Below, piece by piece: positions 26,059 to 38,344 of a stretch of DNA of 64,000 nt. This stretch comes from the human T2T-CHM13v2.0 reference genome, Homo sapiens: the NCBI RefSeq assembly GCF_009914755.1, contig NC_060938.1, one strand, 5' to 3'. The notes under the pieces were generated by a model. That model did no database searches and was not told the origin of the DNA. It saw nothing but the letters and a program-made list of their open reading frames with translations. Position numbers and translations under genes: made by a program. The first letter of the stretch is position 1. Each line of letters starts with the position of its first letter.

Positions 26059-29000
26059 CACATGTGTCTTTATGGTAGAATGATTTATAATCCTTTGGGT
26101 ATATAGCCAGTAATGAGATTGCTGGATCAAATGGTATTTCTAGTCCTAGAATCTTAAGGAATCGCTACACTGTCTTCCACAATAGTTGAACTAATTTACA
26201 CTCACACCAACAGTGTAAAAGCATTCCTATTTCTCCACATCCTCTGCAGCATCTGTTGTTTCCTGACTTTTTAATGATTGTCATTTTAACTGGCATGAGA
26301 TGGTATCTCATTGTGGTTTTGATTTGCATTTCTCTAATGACCAGTGCTGATGAGCTTTTTTTCATGTGTTTGTTGGCTGCATAAATGTCTTCTTTTGGAA
26401 GTGTCTGTTCATATTCTTCACCCACTTTTTGTTGGTTTTTTTTTCTTATAAATTTGTTCAAGCTCCTTGTAGATTCTGGCTATTACCCCTTTGTCAGATG
26501 GATAGATTGCAAAAGTTTTCTGCCAGTCTGTAGGTTGACTGTTCACTCTGATGATAGTTTCTTTTGCTGTGCAGAAGCTCTTTAGTTTAATTAGATCCCA
26601 TTTGTCAATTTTGGCTTTTGTTGCAAATGCTTTTGGTGTTTTAGTCATGAAGTCTTTGCCCATGCCTATGTCCTGAATGGTATAGCCTAGGTTTTCTTCT
26701 AGGGTTTTTATGGTTTTAGGTCTTACATTTAAATCTTTAATCCATCTTGAGTTAATTTTTGTATAAAGTGTAAGGAAGGGGTCCAGTTTCAGTTTTCTGC
26801 TTATGGCTAGCCAGTTTTCCCAACACCATTTATTAAATAGGGAATCCTTTCCCCATTGCTTGTTTTGTTCAGGTTTGTCAAATATCAGATGGTTGTAGAT
26901 GTGTGGCATTATTTCTGAGGCCTCTGTTCTGTTCTGTTGGTCTATATATCTGGTTTTGGTGCCAGTATCAAGCTGCTTGGGTTACTGTAGCCTTGTAGTA
27001 TAGTTTGAAGTCAGGTAGCATGATGCATCCAGCTTTGTTCTTTTTGCTTAGGATTGTCTTGGCTATATGGGCTCCTTTTTGGTTCCATATGAAATTAAAA
27101 TAGTTCTTTATAATTCTGTGAAGGAATTCAGTGGTAGCTTGATGGGAATAGCATTGAATCTAGAAATTACTTTGGGCAGTATGGCCATTTTCGTGATATT
27201 GATTCTTCCTATCCATGAGCATGGGATGTTTTTCCATTTGTTTGTGTCCTCTCTTATTTCCTTGAGCAGTGGTTTGTAATTGTCCTTGAAGAGGTCCTTC
27301 ACATCCCTTATAAGTTTATTCCTTTGTATTTTATTTCTTTGTATCAATTATGAATGGGAGCTTGCTAGGTATCTTATTCCTTTGTATGAATTATGAATGG
27401 GAGCTTGCTCATAATTTGGCTCTCTGTTTGTCTATTATTGGTGTATATGAATGCTTGTAATTTTTGCACATTGATTTTGTATCCTAAGACTTTGCTGAAG
27501 TTGCTTATCAGCTTAAGGAGTTTTTGGGCTGAGACGATGGGGTTTTCTAAATATACAATCATGTCATCAGCAAACAAATAATTTGACTTCCTCTCTTACT
27601 GTTTAATACCCTTTATTTATTTCTCTGGCCCTTTTTTCCCTGGCCAACATTTCCAATACTATGTTGAAAAGGAGTGGTGAGAGAGGGCATCCTTGTCTTT
27701 TGCCAGTTTTCAAAGGGAATGCTTCTGGCTTTTGCCCCTTCAGTATGATATTGGCTGTGGGTTTGTCATCTATAGCTCTTATTATTTTGAGGTATGTTCC
27801 ATCAACATCTAGTTTATTGAGTGTTTTTAGCATGAAAGGGTGTTGAATTTTATTGAAGGCCTTTTGTGCATCTATTGAGATAATCATGTGGTTTTTGTCA
27901 TTGCTTCTGTTTATGTGATGGATTATGTTTATTGATTTGCATATGTTGAACCAGCCTTGCATCCCAGGGATGAAGCTGACTGGATCATGGTAGATAAGCT
28001 TTTTAATGTGCTGCTGGATTCAGTTTGCCAGTATTTTATTGAGGATTTTCTCACTGATCATCAGGGATATTGGCCTGAATTTTTCTTTTTTGTTATGTCT
28101 CTGCCAGGTTTTGGTATCAGGATAATGCTGGCCTCATAAAATGAGTCAGTGAGGAGTCCCTCTTTTTCTGTTGTTTGGAATAGTTTCAGAAGGAATGGTA
28201 CCAGCTCCTCTTTGTAACTCTGGTAGAATTTGGCTGTGAATCTGTTCGGTCCTGGGCTTTTTTTGGTTTGTAGGCTATTAATTACTGCCTCAATTTCAGA
28301 ACTTGTTATCGGTCTATTCAGGGATTTAACTTCTTCCTAGTTTAGTCTTGGGAGGATGTATGTGTCCAGAAATGTATCCATTTCCTCTAGATTTTTTAGT
28401 TTATTTGCATAGAGGTGTTTATAGTATTCTCTGATGGTAGTTTGTATTTCTGTGGGAGCAGTGGTGATCTCCCCTTTATCATTTTTTACTGTGTCTATTT
28501 GATTCTTCTCTCTTTTCTTCTTTATTTGTCTGGCTAGTGGTCTATCTATTTTGTTAATATTTTCAAAAAAAAACCAGCTCCCGGATTTATTGATTTTTTG
28601 AAGTTTTTCTTTTGTGTCTCTATCTCCTTCAGTTTTGCTCTGATCTTAGTTGTTTCTTGTCTTTTGCTAGCTTTTGAATTTGTTTGCTCTTGCTTCTCTA
28701 GTTCTTTTAATTGTGATGTTAGTGTGGTGATTTTAGACCTTTCCCACCTACTCCTGTGGGCCTTTAGTGCTATAAATTTCCCTCTAAACACTGCTTTAGC
28801 TGTGTCCCAGAGATTCTTTTATGTTGTGTCTTTGTTCTCATTGGTTTCAAAAAATCTTATTTATTTCTGCTTAATTTTGTTATTCACCCATTAGTCATTG
28901 AGGAGCAGGTTGTTCAGTTTCAATGTAGTTGTATGGTTTTGAGTGAGTTTCTTAATCCTGAGTTCTGGTTTGATTGCACTGTGGCCTGAGATACTGTTTG

Positions 29001-32000
29001 TTATGATTTCCGTTCTTTTGCATTTGCTGAGGAGTGTTTTACTTCCAATTATGTGGTCAATTTTAGAATAAGTGTGATGTGGTGCTGAGGAGAATATACA
29101 TTCTGTTGATTTGGAGTGGAGAGTTCTGTAGAGGTCTGTTAGGTCCACTTGGTCCAGAGCTGAGTTCAAGTCCTGAATAGCTTTGTTAATTTTCTGTCTC
29201 ATTAATATGTCTAAATATTGACAGTGGGTTGTTAAAATCTCCCGCTATTATTGTGTGGGAGTCTAAGTCTCTTTGTAGGTCTCTAAGAACTTGCTTTATG
29301 AATCTGAGTCCTCCTGTATTGGGTGCATATATATTTAGGATAGTTAGCTCTTCCTGTTGCATTGATCCCTTTACCATTATGTAATGCCCTTCTTTGTCTT
29401 TTTTGATCTTTGTTGGTTTCAAGTCTGTTTTATCAGAGACTAGGATTACAATCCCTATTTTTTTTTCCTTTCCGTTTCCTTGGTAAATTATTCTCCATCC
29501 CTTTATTTTGAGCCTATGTGTGTCTTTGCATGTGAGATGGGTCTCCTGAATACAGCACACTGATGGGTCTTGACTCTTTATCCAATCTGCCAGTCTGTGT
29601 CTTTTAACTGGGGGATTTAGCCCATTTACATTTAAGGCTAATATTGTTATGAGTGAATTTGATCCTGTCATTATGATGCTAGCAGGTTATTTTGCCCATT
29701 AGTTGATGCAGTTTTTTCATAGTGTCAATGGTCTTTGCATTTTGGTTTGTTTTTGCAGTGGTTGGTACCAGTTTTTCCTTTCCATATTTAGTGCTTCCTT
29801 CAGCAGCTGTTGTAAGGCAGGCCTGGTGGTGACAAAATCTCTCAGCATTTGCTTGTCTGTAAAGGATTTTATTTCTCCTTCATTTATGAAGCTTAGTTTG
29901 GCTGGATATGAAATTCTGGGTTGAAAATTCTTTTCTTTAAGAATGTTGAATATTGGCCCACGCTGTCTTCTGGCTTGTTGGGTTTCTGCAGAGACATCTG
30001 CTGTTAGTCTAATGGGGTTCCCTTTGTGGGTAACCCGACTTTTCTCTCTGGCTGCCCTTAACATTTTTTCCTTCATTTCAACCTTGGTGAATCTGACAAT
30101 TATGTGTTGGGGTTGCTTTTCTTGAGGACTACCTTTGTGGTGTTCTCTGTATTTCCTGAATTTGAATGTTGGCCTGTCTTGCTAGGTTGGGGAAGTTCTC
30201 CTGGATAATATCCTGAAGAGTGTTTTCCAACTTGGTTTCATTCTCCCTGTCACTTTCAGGTACACCAATCAAATGTAGGTTTGGTGTTTTTACATAGTCC
30301 TATGTTTCTTGTAGGCTTTGTTTGTTCCTCTTCATTCTTTTTTCTGTAATCTTGCCTTCAAGCTTTATTTCATTAAGTTGATCTTCAATCTCTGATATCC
30401 TTTCTTCTACTTGATTGATTCAGCTATTGATACTTGTATATGGTTCACGAAGTTCTCATGCTGTGTTTTTCAGCTTCATCATGTCATTTATGTTCTTCTC
30501 TAAACTGGTTATTCTAGTTAGCAATTCCTCTAACCTTTTATCAAAGTTCTTAGCTTTCTTGCATTGGGTTAGAACATGCTCCTTTAGCTCAGAGAGGTTT
30601 GTTATTAGCCACCTCCTGAAGCCTACTTCTGTCAATTCTTTAAACTCATTCTCCATCCAGTTTTGTTCTCTTGCTCGTGAGGAGCTGCGATCCTTTGGGG
30701 GAGAAGAGGCATTCTGTTTTTTGGAGTTTTCAGCCTTTTTGCACTGGTTTTTCCTCATCTTCATGTATTTATCTACCTTTGGTCTTTGCTGTTGGTGACC
30801 TTCAGATGAAGTTTTTGAATGATTGTGATGTTTTGTTTTTTGTTGATGTTGATCTTATTTCTTTCTGTTTGTTAGTTTTTCCCCTAACAGTCAGGCCCAT
30901 CTTCTGCAGGTCTGCTGGAGTTTGCTGGGGTCCACTCCAGACCCTGTTTGCCTGGGTATCACTAGCGGAGGCTGCAGAACCTCCAAGATTGCTGCCTGCT
31001 CCTTCCTCTGAAAGCTTCATCCCAAAAAGGCACCTGCCAGATGCCAGCCATAGCTCTCCTGTATGAGGTGTCTGTCGACCCATGCTAGGAGCTGTCTCCA
31101 AGTCAGGATGCATGGGGGTTAGGGAACAACTTGAGGAGGCAGTCTGTCCCTTAGCAGAGCTCAAGCACTGTGCTGGGAGATCAGCTGCTCTCTTCAGAGC
31201 TGGCAGGCAGGAATGTTTAAGTCTGCTGTAACTGTGCCCACAGCCGCCCCTTCCCCCAGGTGCTCTTTTCCAGGTAGATGGGAGTTTTATCTGTAAGCCC
31301 CTGCCTGGGGCTGCTGCCTTTCCTTCAGAGATGCCCTGCCCAGAAAGGAGGAGTCTAGAGAGAGGCAGTCTGGCTACAGTGGCTTTGCTGAGCTGTGGAG
31401 GGCTCTGTCCATTGGAACTTCCCTGTGGCTTTGATTACACTGTAAGGGGAAAACCGCCTACTCAAGCCTCAGTAATGGCAGATGCCCCTCCCCCCACCAA
31501 GCTCAAGCATCCCAGGTTGACTTCAGACTTCTGTGCTGGCAGCAAGAATTTCAAGCCAGTGGATTTTAGCTTGCTGGGCTCTGTGGGGGTGGGATCCGCT
31601 GAACAAGACCACTTGGCTCCCTGGCTTCATCCCCCTTTCCAGGGGGAGTGAATGTTTCTGTCTCACTGGCATTCCAGGTGCCACTGGGTTAAAAAACAAA
31701 AAACAAAAACAAAAAACTCCTGCAGCTAGCTCTGTGTTTGCCCAAATGGCCGCCCAGTTTTGTGCTTGAAACCCAGGGCCCTTGTGGTGTAGGCACCTGA
31801 GTCTGTGGGTTGCAAAGACCATGGGAAAAGCATAGTATCTGGGCCTCATAGCTCCATCCCTCATGGCACAATCCCTCACAGCTTCCCTTGGCCAGGGGAG
31901 GGAGTTCCCCAACCCCTTGCCCTTCCTGGGTGAGGCGACACCCCACCCTGCTTCTGCTCACTCTCTGTGGGCTGCACCCACTGTCTAACCAGTCCCAGTG

Positions 32001-32110
32001 AGATAAACTGGGTACCTCAGTTGGAAATGCAGAAATCACCTGCCTTCTGCATTGGTCTCACTGGGAGCTGCAAACTGGAGCTGTTCTTTTCGGCCATCTT
32101 GCTTCAATCC
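26059..32110 (-). mobile_element. Near full-length L1PA7/8-like LINE-1 (5'UTR, ORF1, ORF2), inactivated by stops and frameshifts; 3' ~0.45 kb not contiguous
   Basis: 5' end CAAGATGGCCGAA (YY1 site) at ~32091-32101. ORF1 pieces 30456..30764 and 29717..30076. ORF2 pieces 29186..29671 (MTGSNSLITILALNVNGLN, endonuclease), 27603..27962 (RQGCPLSP), 27374..27577 (FADD), 26418..26909, 26165..26461. Confidence 0.96.
31475..31651 (+). other. L1 antisense ORF0-like open frame (58 aa), with an in-frame upstream ATG at 31331
   Basis: MADAPPPTKLKHPRLTSDFCAGS...SVGVGSAE resembles the N-terminus of L1HS ORF0p as I recall it (MAGAPPPASLPPCSLISDCCAS...SVGVGPSE). Kozak context GTA-ATG-G. Confidence 0.7.
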
Positions 32111-32111
32111 T

Positions 32112-32582
32112 GTGTCCTTATTTCTGAGTTATTTATTGTGTTGTTTTGTTTTGTTTTGTTTTGTCTGTGTGACTGTTTTTGTACCAGTACCATGCTGTTT
32201 TTGGTACTGTAACCTTATAGTGTAGTTTGAAGTCAAGTAATGTGATGCCTCCAACTTTGTTCTTTTTGCTTCAGACTGCTTTTGCTATTTTGTCTCTTTC
32301 TTGGTTCCATATGAACTTTAGAATAGCTTTTTCAAATTCTGTGAAAAATGGCATTGGTAGTTTGATAGGAATAGCATTGAATCTGTACATTGCTTTGGGC
32401 AGTATGGCCACTTTAACAATATTGATTCTTCGAATCCATCAGCATGGAATGTTCTTCCATTTGTTTGTGTCATCACTGATTTCTTTTAGCAATGTTCTAT
32501 AATGGATCTCCTTGAAGAGATCTTTCACCTCCTTGGTTAGCTGTATTCCTAGGTATTTCACTTTCTTGGTGGCTATTCTAAA
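32112..32582 (-). mobile_element. Older L1 (L1PA15/16-like) ORF2 fragment, inverted relative to its neighbouring 3' end
   Basis: ORF 32439..32624 contains [27 protein letters not shown]. Confidence 0.88.
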
Positions 32583-32990
32583 TAAGTGGTGGATTGGACA
32601 AAGAAAAATGTACATATACACCATGGAATACTACACAGCCATAAAAAAGAATGAAATCATGTCCTTTGCAGCAACATGGATTGAGCTGGAGGCCATAATC
32701 CTAAGCAAATTAATGCAGGAACAGAAAACTAAATACTGCATGTTCTCACTTAAAGTGGGAGCTAAATATTGAGCACACAAGGACATAAATATGGGAACAA
32801 TAGACATTGGGAATTACTAGAGTGGGGAGGGAGGGAGAGAAGTGAGGATTGAAAAACAACCTGTTGGGTAATATGCTCACTACCTGGGTGGTGGGATCCA
32901 TATCCCAAACTTCAGCATCCTGCAATATAGCCATGTAACAAATCTACACATGTACCCTTTATCTAAAATAAAATGTCCAATTAAAAAAAT
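32583..32990 (+). mobile_element. L1PA15/16-like 3' end
   Basis: [33 protein letters not shown]; 3'UTR TATGCTCACTACCTGGGTG..CCAAACTTCAGCATC..AAATAAAA. Confidence 0.9.
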
Positions 32991-33259
32991 AGTAAACTTC
33001 TCAAAAAATTAGTCTTATTTACTTAAAGTTATACAGTTACACACAGACACACACACATACACACACACCTCTCACCCAGCATTTATTTTTGTTCTTTTGA
33101 CGGATGATAATGAAGGTGAAATTTGTGGCATTAATTAACATCATTCAGCAAAGAACAGAACAGACTACTGCTGTATGGGTTTTGACAAGTAAATGGGTTG
33201 CAGATGTTCTTCTTGGTTCAAGTTTGGTGTTTTAAAAATGATATCAGGTCCATAGTTCA

Positions 33260-34610
33260 TGGAGTTCTTCAGGACTTAGTCCTGGGTCCCCTTCTGATTC
33301 CACTGAATAGTCTCTCCCCCAGCTAATCTCATCTCATGCCATCCTGTGGTTTTGGATATCATGTCTAGGCCAGTGATGCCCAAACTTATATACCCAGTCC
33401 ACTCTTCTTGACTGAGCTCTAAATTGATATATTCATCATCTACTTAATGTTTCCACTTTGATATCTCATGGGTATTTTAAACTCTTATTTGCCAAACAAC
33501 TTTGGTTCTTCCCTGTCCAGCTGGCTTCTCATCTTTTCCATTATTTCAGTAAATGTGACTTCTATCCCCCAAGAGGCTCACCTCCGCCTCCCTCACCTCT
33601 TATACTGGTCAGGTTTTTTCACTTGTAATTGGCAGAAACCAAACTCAAACTAGCTAAATAGAAAAGAGCACTGTATGATTCATATAACTGGGTAAAATTC
33701 TGGGGTAGTTCTTGTAGTCAAATGGAATACTGTCAAAACCACAGCAACCAGGAGACTCTAACACTCGGGATTTGTCTCAATTTCTCTCCCTTTCTCTTCT
33801 CTCTGCATGGCTACCTCCTCGCCTACTTCTTGTGGGCCTTCTCCAAACACCCTCATACAAGATCGGCAGTTCTCAAGTCGCAGCCTTAAAACATTCTACA
33901 GAAGAAGGAATCTTCTGCTGTAGCTTCATAAGGAAAACCCCAAAAAAGGATTCTGACTGACCCAGCTTAGATCATTTGCCAATCATTGGTACAATCACTG
34001 TAGCCAAAAAGAAAGGATTAGTCAAACTTAGGGGACACAGTTTGTTCCACAAGTATTTGTAAGGAGTGTTTAATTCTGAGCCTACCATATAATTTGAATA
34101 GATCCTGTTTTGTGTATCAACTTCGAACATACTGGCCATCATATGTCTTCTCACTGGCCTGCCTCCACCATTTTGGGACCCATCAAATCCATTCTTAACA
34201 GTCATCAGCATGATCTTAAAAAACCTTAGACTGGTTATGTCTCTCTTCCATGTAAACACTTTAATGGCTTTCCATTGCTCCAAAAATAAAGCTCAAAATT
34301 CTTAGTGAGGAACCTACAAAGCCTTGTTCCTATGCCCCTGCCCAGCTGTATCTTCTCTTCCTTCTGGTCTCAGTTCAATTGCCAACACCTTGGCAAGATC
34401 TTTCCAAGCAATCCAGTCTCAATTACCCACCCACCAAATATTTATCCCAGTCTCTGTGACATCAACTTATTTTTTTCTGCATAGCAGTTATTAATCTCTG
34501 AATTTATCTTGTTAATTTATTTGTTTGATTGTTTTTTGTCTGTCTCCCACTCAATGTAAGCTCCATAAAAAACGTAGTACTTGTCACAAATGAGTGAATG
34601 AATGTATGAA
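33260..34610. mobile_element. L2 remnants with an intervening old MLT1 LTR (~33605-34020)
   Basis: L2-like AATGGCTTTCCATTGCTCC..AATAAAGCTCAAA and TGAGTGAATGAATG; MLT1-like GCAGAAACCAAACTCAAACTAGCTAAA. Confidence 0.55.
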
Positions 34611-35304
34611 TGCATCTTCCACCATCCTCTGTTGCTCATTTTACTCTACCCAGAATGACCTCTTCTCTGTTCCTCCAAAACACCTAGCTTCTTACTTATT
34701 TCTCTTCACTTAAAATACTCTAGTGTCTGTTATATTTTTAAAATTACATTTTTTAAAATTATAAAATACAATGTGTATACAAAAAAAGTGACTGAAACAC
34801 TTATGTACAGTTTCCCAAACAACAATGCAGCCACCATCCAAGTCAGGAAATACAATAGAGCCAGCTTATAGTTACAACTTCTTTGGGATATTTCCTCCCT
34901 GCTCTGCTCAATCCCAACACAATTTCCCTTAAAGTTTACTAGGATTAGAAGGTACAGTTTCTGTTTTACCTTGACATTAAGGATGCAGTTCATTTGATTG
35001 GTAGGAGGATCTTATCTGGTGAGATTGGGTTTAGACACTTGTTCCCTTCTCCCTGGGAGGTCATTAAAACAGAAGTTCAAGATCATCAGGGTTGGCAAAT
35101 GCCCAAGAGCAAAGGTAATCTCATTGTTCACTTTAGGTTCCTGTGTTCTTCCTCCCCCTTATATTTCCACCTGGTTTTGTGAGTGTGTGCATGTGTATCT
35201 ATACATACACTTATACACATATCTACGTATACCCTTAGGCACACATATGCACATATACAGTGTATATTTTGGCCTTGTTAGTCATGCTCTCTGAGAGGGT
35301 TGAT

Positions 35305-35690
35305 TTCTTAAGTTGAATTCCCTCAAAAGCAAACCCTGAGACAAGGATTTGGGAGCAAGTAATTTATTTGGAGATGAGCCCAGAAGTCACAGGCAAGGAA
35401 AAGGGATGTGAGACAGGGAAAAGAGGAGTACTGAAGTTAATATAAGTATTACAGCTGTGGGCAACTAGAGCCCAATCCTGCTGTGAGCCCTCTGAGAGCC
35501 TATGAAACCCAACTCAACATGTCCCACTAAGGGGTGATGAAGCTGAGATATTTATTTACAAATTCTGCCCTTCAACCAGGTAGCTCCAGGTAATTTGGTC
35601 TTACGCACTTCCAGCGCCCCCTGAGCACAGGCCAGGCGCACTCTGGTGTATGGAGAACTGTAGTCAGAGAGACACCAAGGGTATGTATAG
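35305..35690. mobile_element. ERVL LTR (LTR33/LTR16-like)
   Basis: AAAGCAAACCCTGAGACAAGGATTTGGGAGCAAGTAATTTATTTGGAGATGA resembles these LTR families. Confidence 0.65.
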
Positions 35691-35889
35691 CAGTAACTAT
35701 AGTTGGTTCCAATAACTTAGCCTGCCATATTCCCACCATCCTTCAGCTTTTGGCCTCCCAGCCCTGAAGTACTGTGGATTGTGTCCCCCACTTTATTTTA
35801 TCTCATGGTCCCCTGTATTGTTTTATTTATAGCACGATCACAAATGTAAGCATATAGTTATTTGTGTGATTCAACACCTGTTTTGTCTA

Positions 35890-36045
35890 GTACCTTGCTA
35901 CTCAAATGCCAGCAACATTGACAGTAAAGGAGTATATTAGAAATGCAGACTCAGCCCTACTCCAGACACACTGAACCAGAATTTGGATATTAACAGACTC
36001 TTGTTGTTTTCTGTACACACATTAGACATTTGAGAAACTCTGCTT
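35890..36045. mobile_element. MER5-like hAT-Charlie fragment
   Basis: TTAGAAATGCAGACTCAGCCCTACTCCAGAC..ACTGAA..TTTGAGAAACTCTGCT. Confidence 0.7.
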
Positions 36046-37230
36046 CACTAAACTGTACTTTCTTGAGTGTGGCATTGTGTCTGCCTTCTTCAGCATTTAT
36101 CCTAGGTTCCTAATAATGTAGCTGTTATATAGTCAGCACCCAGAAAATAAGTTGATCAAACACACACACACACACACACACTACACACAATATGATAAAG
36201 TGCCAGTGATTTAGAAAAATGTTGTACGTTAGTCATTGAACACAGAGAATTTTGTAACTTTTTGTTAATAGATTACTGTTCCATGAGACCAGTAGTGTTC
36301 TAGGCCCATTGGCTAGTGTGCCTTCTGATAAATTGATCTGATGTACTGCTTTGGGACCTGTTGTTGAGAAACTCTTATTATAACAAAGTGAGCAGTATTT
36401 TATTTAGATTTTTGGGCAGCTTATGATGTCCAATCGAGCTGTAGCTCCATGCTACGATCTGGTCTGGGAGGATTTGCATGGTAAATGTGCTTGCCCATCA
36501 GGGCGTGCCTTAAGTCTGAAAGTGTGCCTTTTCTGTTGGTACTTGCAGAATTTCCAATTCACAGAGCTGGAAGAGGGAGGGAAAAAATCACAGCTACTTA
36601 AATTCAAATCCTATTAGGCTTATCTATGATCACTTTGTAAGTACTAGGGATAATCAGCAGTTACTTAGCATTTACCTTGTAGAGGCAGTAGAACTCTGCA
36701 ATTATTATTATCTAGGCTTGATATCTGGCTCATTTTAAGGCCTATGTATCTGACAAATCCACACACCCCTGCACAACAGATTCTATTTTGGCTTGTCTAT
36801 TCCAGATATGTGATTTATTCTTACAATTATAAAGTGTTTCAAATCTGATACATTCAGAGGATTTTTGTTTGACCTTTAGATTTAGCATCAAATGTTTCTG
36901 TTTTAAAACAGCAGGGATTTAGGTAAATCTATTCAATAAAATTGGATGCCATCTATCTTTTTGGTATGTTATCCCTTTGTTTTGTATGGATGACACATAA
37001 TATGATGTGATTTACCACAGTAGGAAGAGATGGAAAAAGGCTGCTTTCTAAATATACACTAGTTGCAGCATACCCACATCTATCTATGAAAAACTGAAGT
37101 TCATTATTATTATATTTTTGCTAAATTACACCTTTTTTGAATGTTCTTATTGTGGGTTTGGCTTTGGAGTTTATTAAGATTGGGATAATTTGGACCAAAT
37201 TTCTTTCAATAACTCATATTTAGAATAGGA

Positions 37231-37420
37231 GGGACTGTGGTGGGGTGGGGGGAGGGGGGAGGGATAGCATTGGGAGATATACCTAATGCTAGATGACGAG
37301 TTAGTGGGTGCAGCGCACCAGCATGGCACATGTATACATATGTAACTAACCTGCACAATGTGCACATGTACCCTAAAACTTAAAGTATAATAAAAATAAA
37401 TAAATAAATAAATAAATAAA
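37231..37420 (+). mobile_element. Young 5'-truncated L1 (L1PA2-like), ~190 bp
   Basis: GCTAGATGACGAGTTAGTGGGTGCAGCGCACC, (TAAA)n tail, perfect TSD AGAATAGGA at 37222-37230 and 37421-37429. Confidence 0.95.
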
Positions 37421-38344
37421 AGAATAGGAATTAATCATCTTATACACATTTATGAATATGTCATTGTTTAATAACCCTTCTGACAATACTCTTTAAATGA
37501 CTGGATAGATGCTAATTGGAAATTTGACTGGGAATCCTCTTGAGCATTTTAGTTTTCCTGTTCTTCTATTTAAAAGGGTCACTCTTCTATTTAAAAAGAG
37601 TCACAGGAGATGGAGGTGGAGAACAAAGAGGGAGTTTAGAAATACATTGTTCTTTACAATTTGGTGCCTTGAATGACTGCAGTGTTCCCAGAATGATGTT
37701 TAAATGTGCATTCGGGAGGAGGTGGGGGAGATACAGTGGCTTCTTATGTACTTTAAGTCTTCCACCCTTTGGCATCAACACTCTCAGCTAAGGAAAGGGC
37801 TGTGTAAATCCCTGCTCACTCATTCCCAGAGCCTCTTTGAGGCATAGTAGGAGAGTGGAGAGAATTCAGAAAATGTTTTGCTGGGTCCCCTTTGCTAAAG
37901 GACAGACACATTGATTTTGCTGCATCTAGGAATCATAACCCAGCGGTGAGGGGCAACTCCCCTGATCCTCCACTGACTCTTTCATGTTGCAGATAAACTC
38001 TGTCTTTTGAGGTTATAAAGAATAGGAATAAGAGCTCAATGTGCTGGCTGCTTGAATAAACAACCTCTACCTATGATATTTCTCAGCCTCAGATGGACTC
38101 GCCACCAGTCTTTTGTCTCCAAATGTGTTCCACCTGGGAGTAATAGAAATATTTTAATCCATCTGCATGAAAATGAAGGGCATGATAAAGTTAGAATGGG
38201 TTTATTACTCAACCCCCATTTTCTTCCCACTAACTCCTCACTGAAACATTTGGCTTTGGACATGCCAGGATCATCCAAAAACTTCGTCAGCCAGGATGCT
38301 TCTGGTATGCTTAGCAGCACCCATTAGGCACCTAATCAGCACTT

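Noticed and set aside
26059-32110. Active retrotransposon or novel reverse-transcriptase system
   Set aside because: The endonuclease and RT motifs are ordinary L1 ORF2p, fragmented by many stops and frameshifts.
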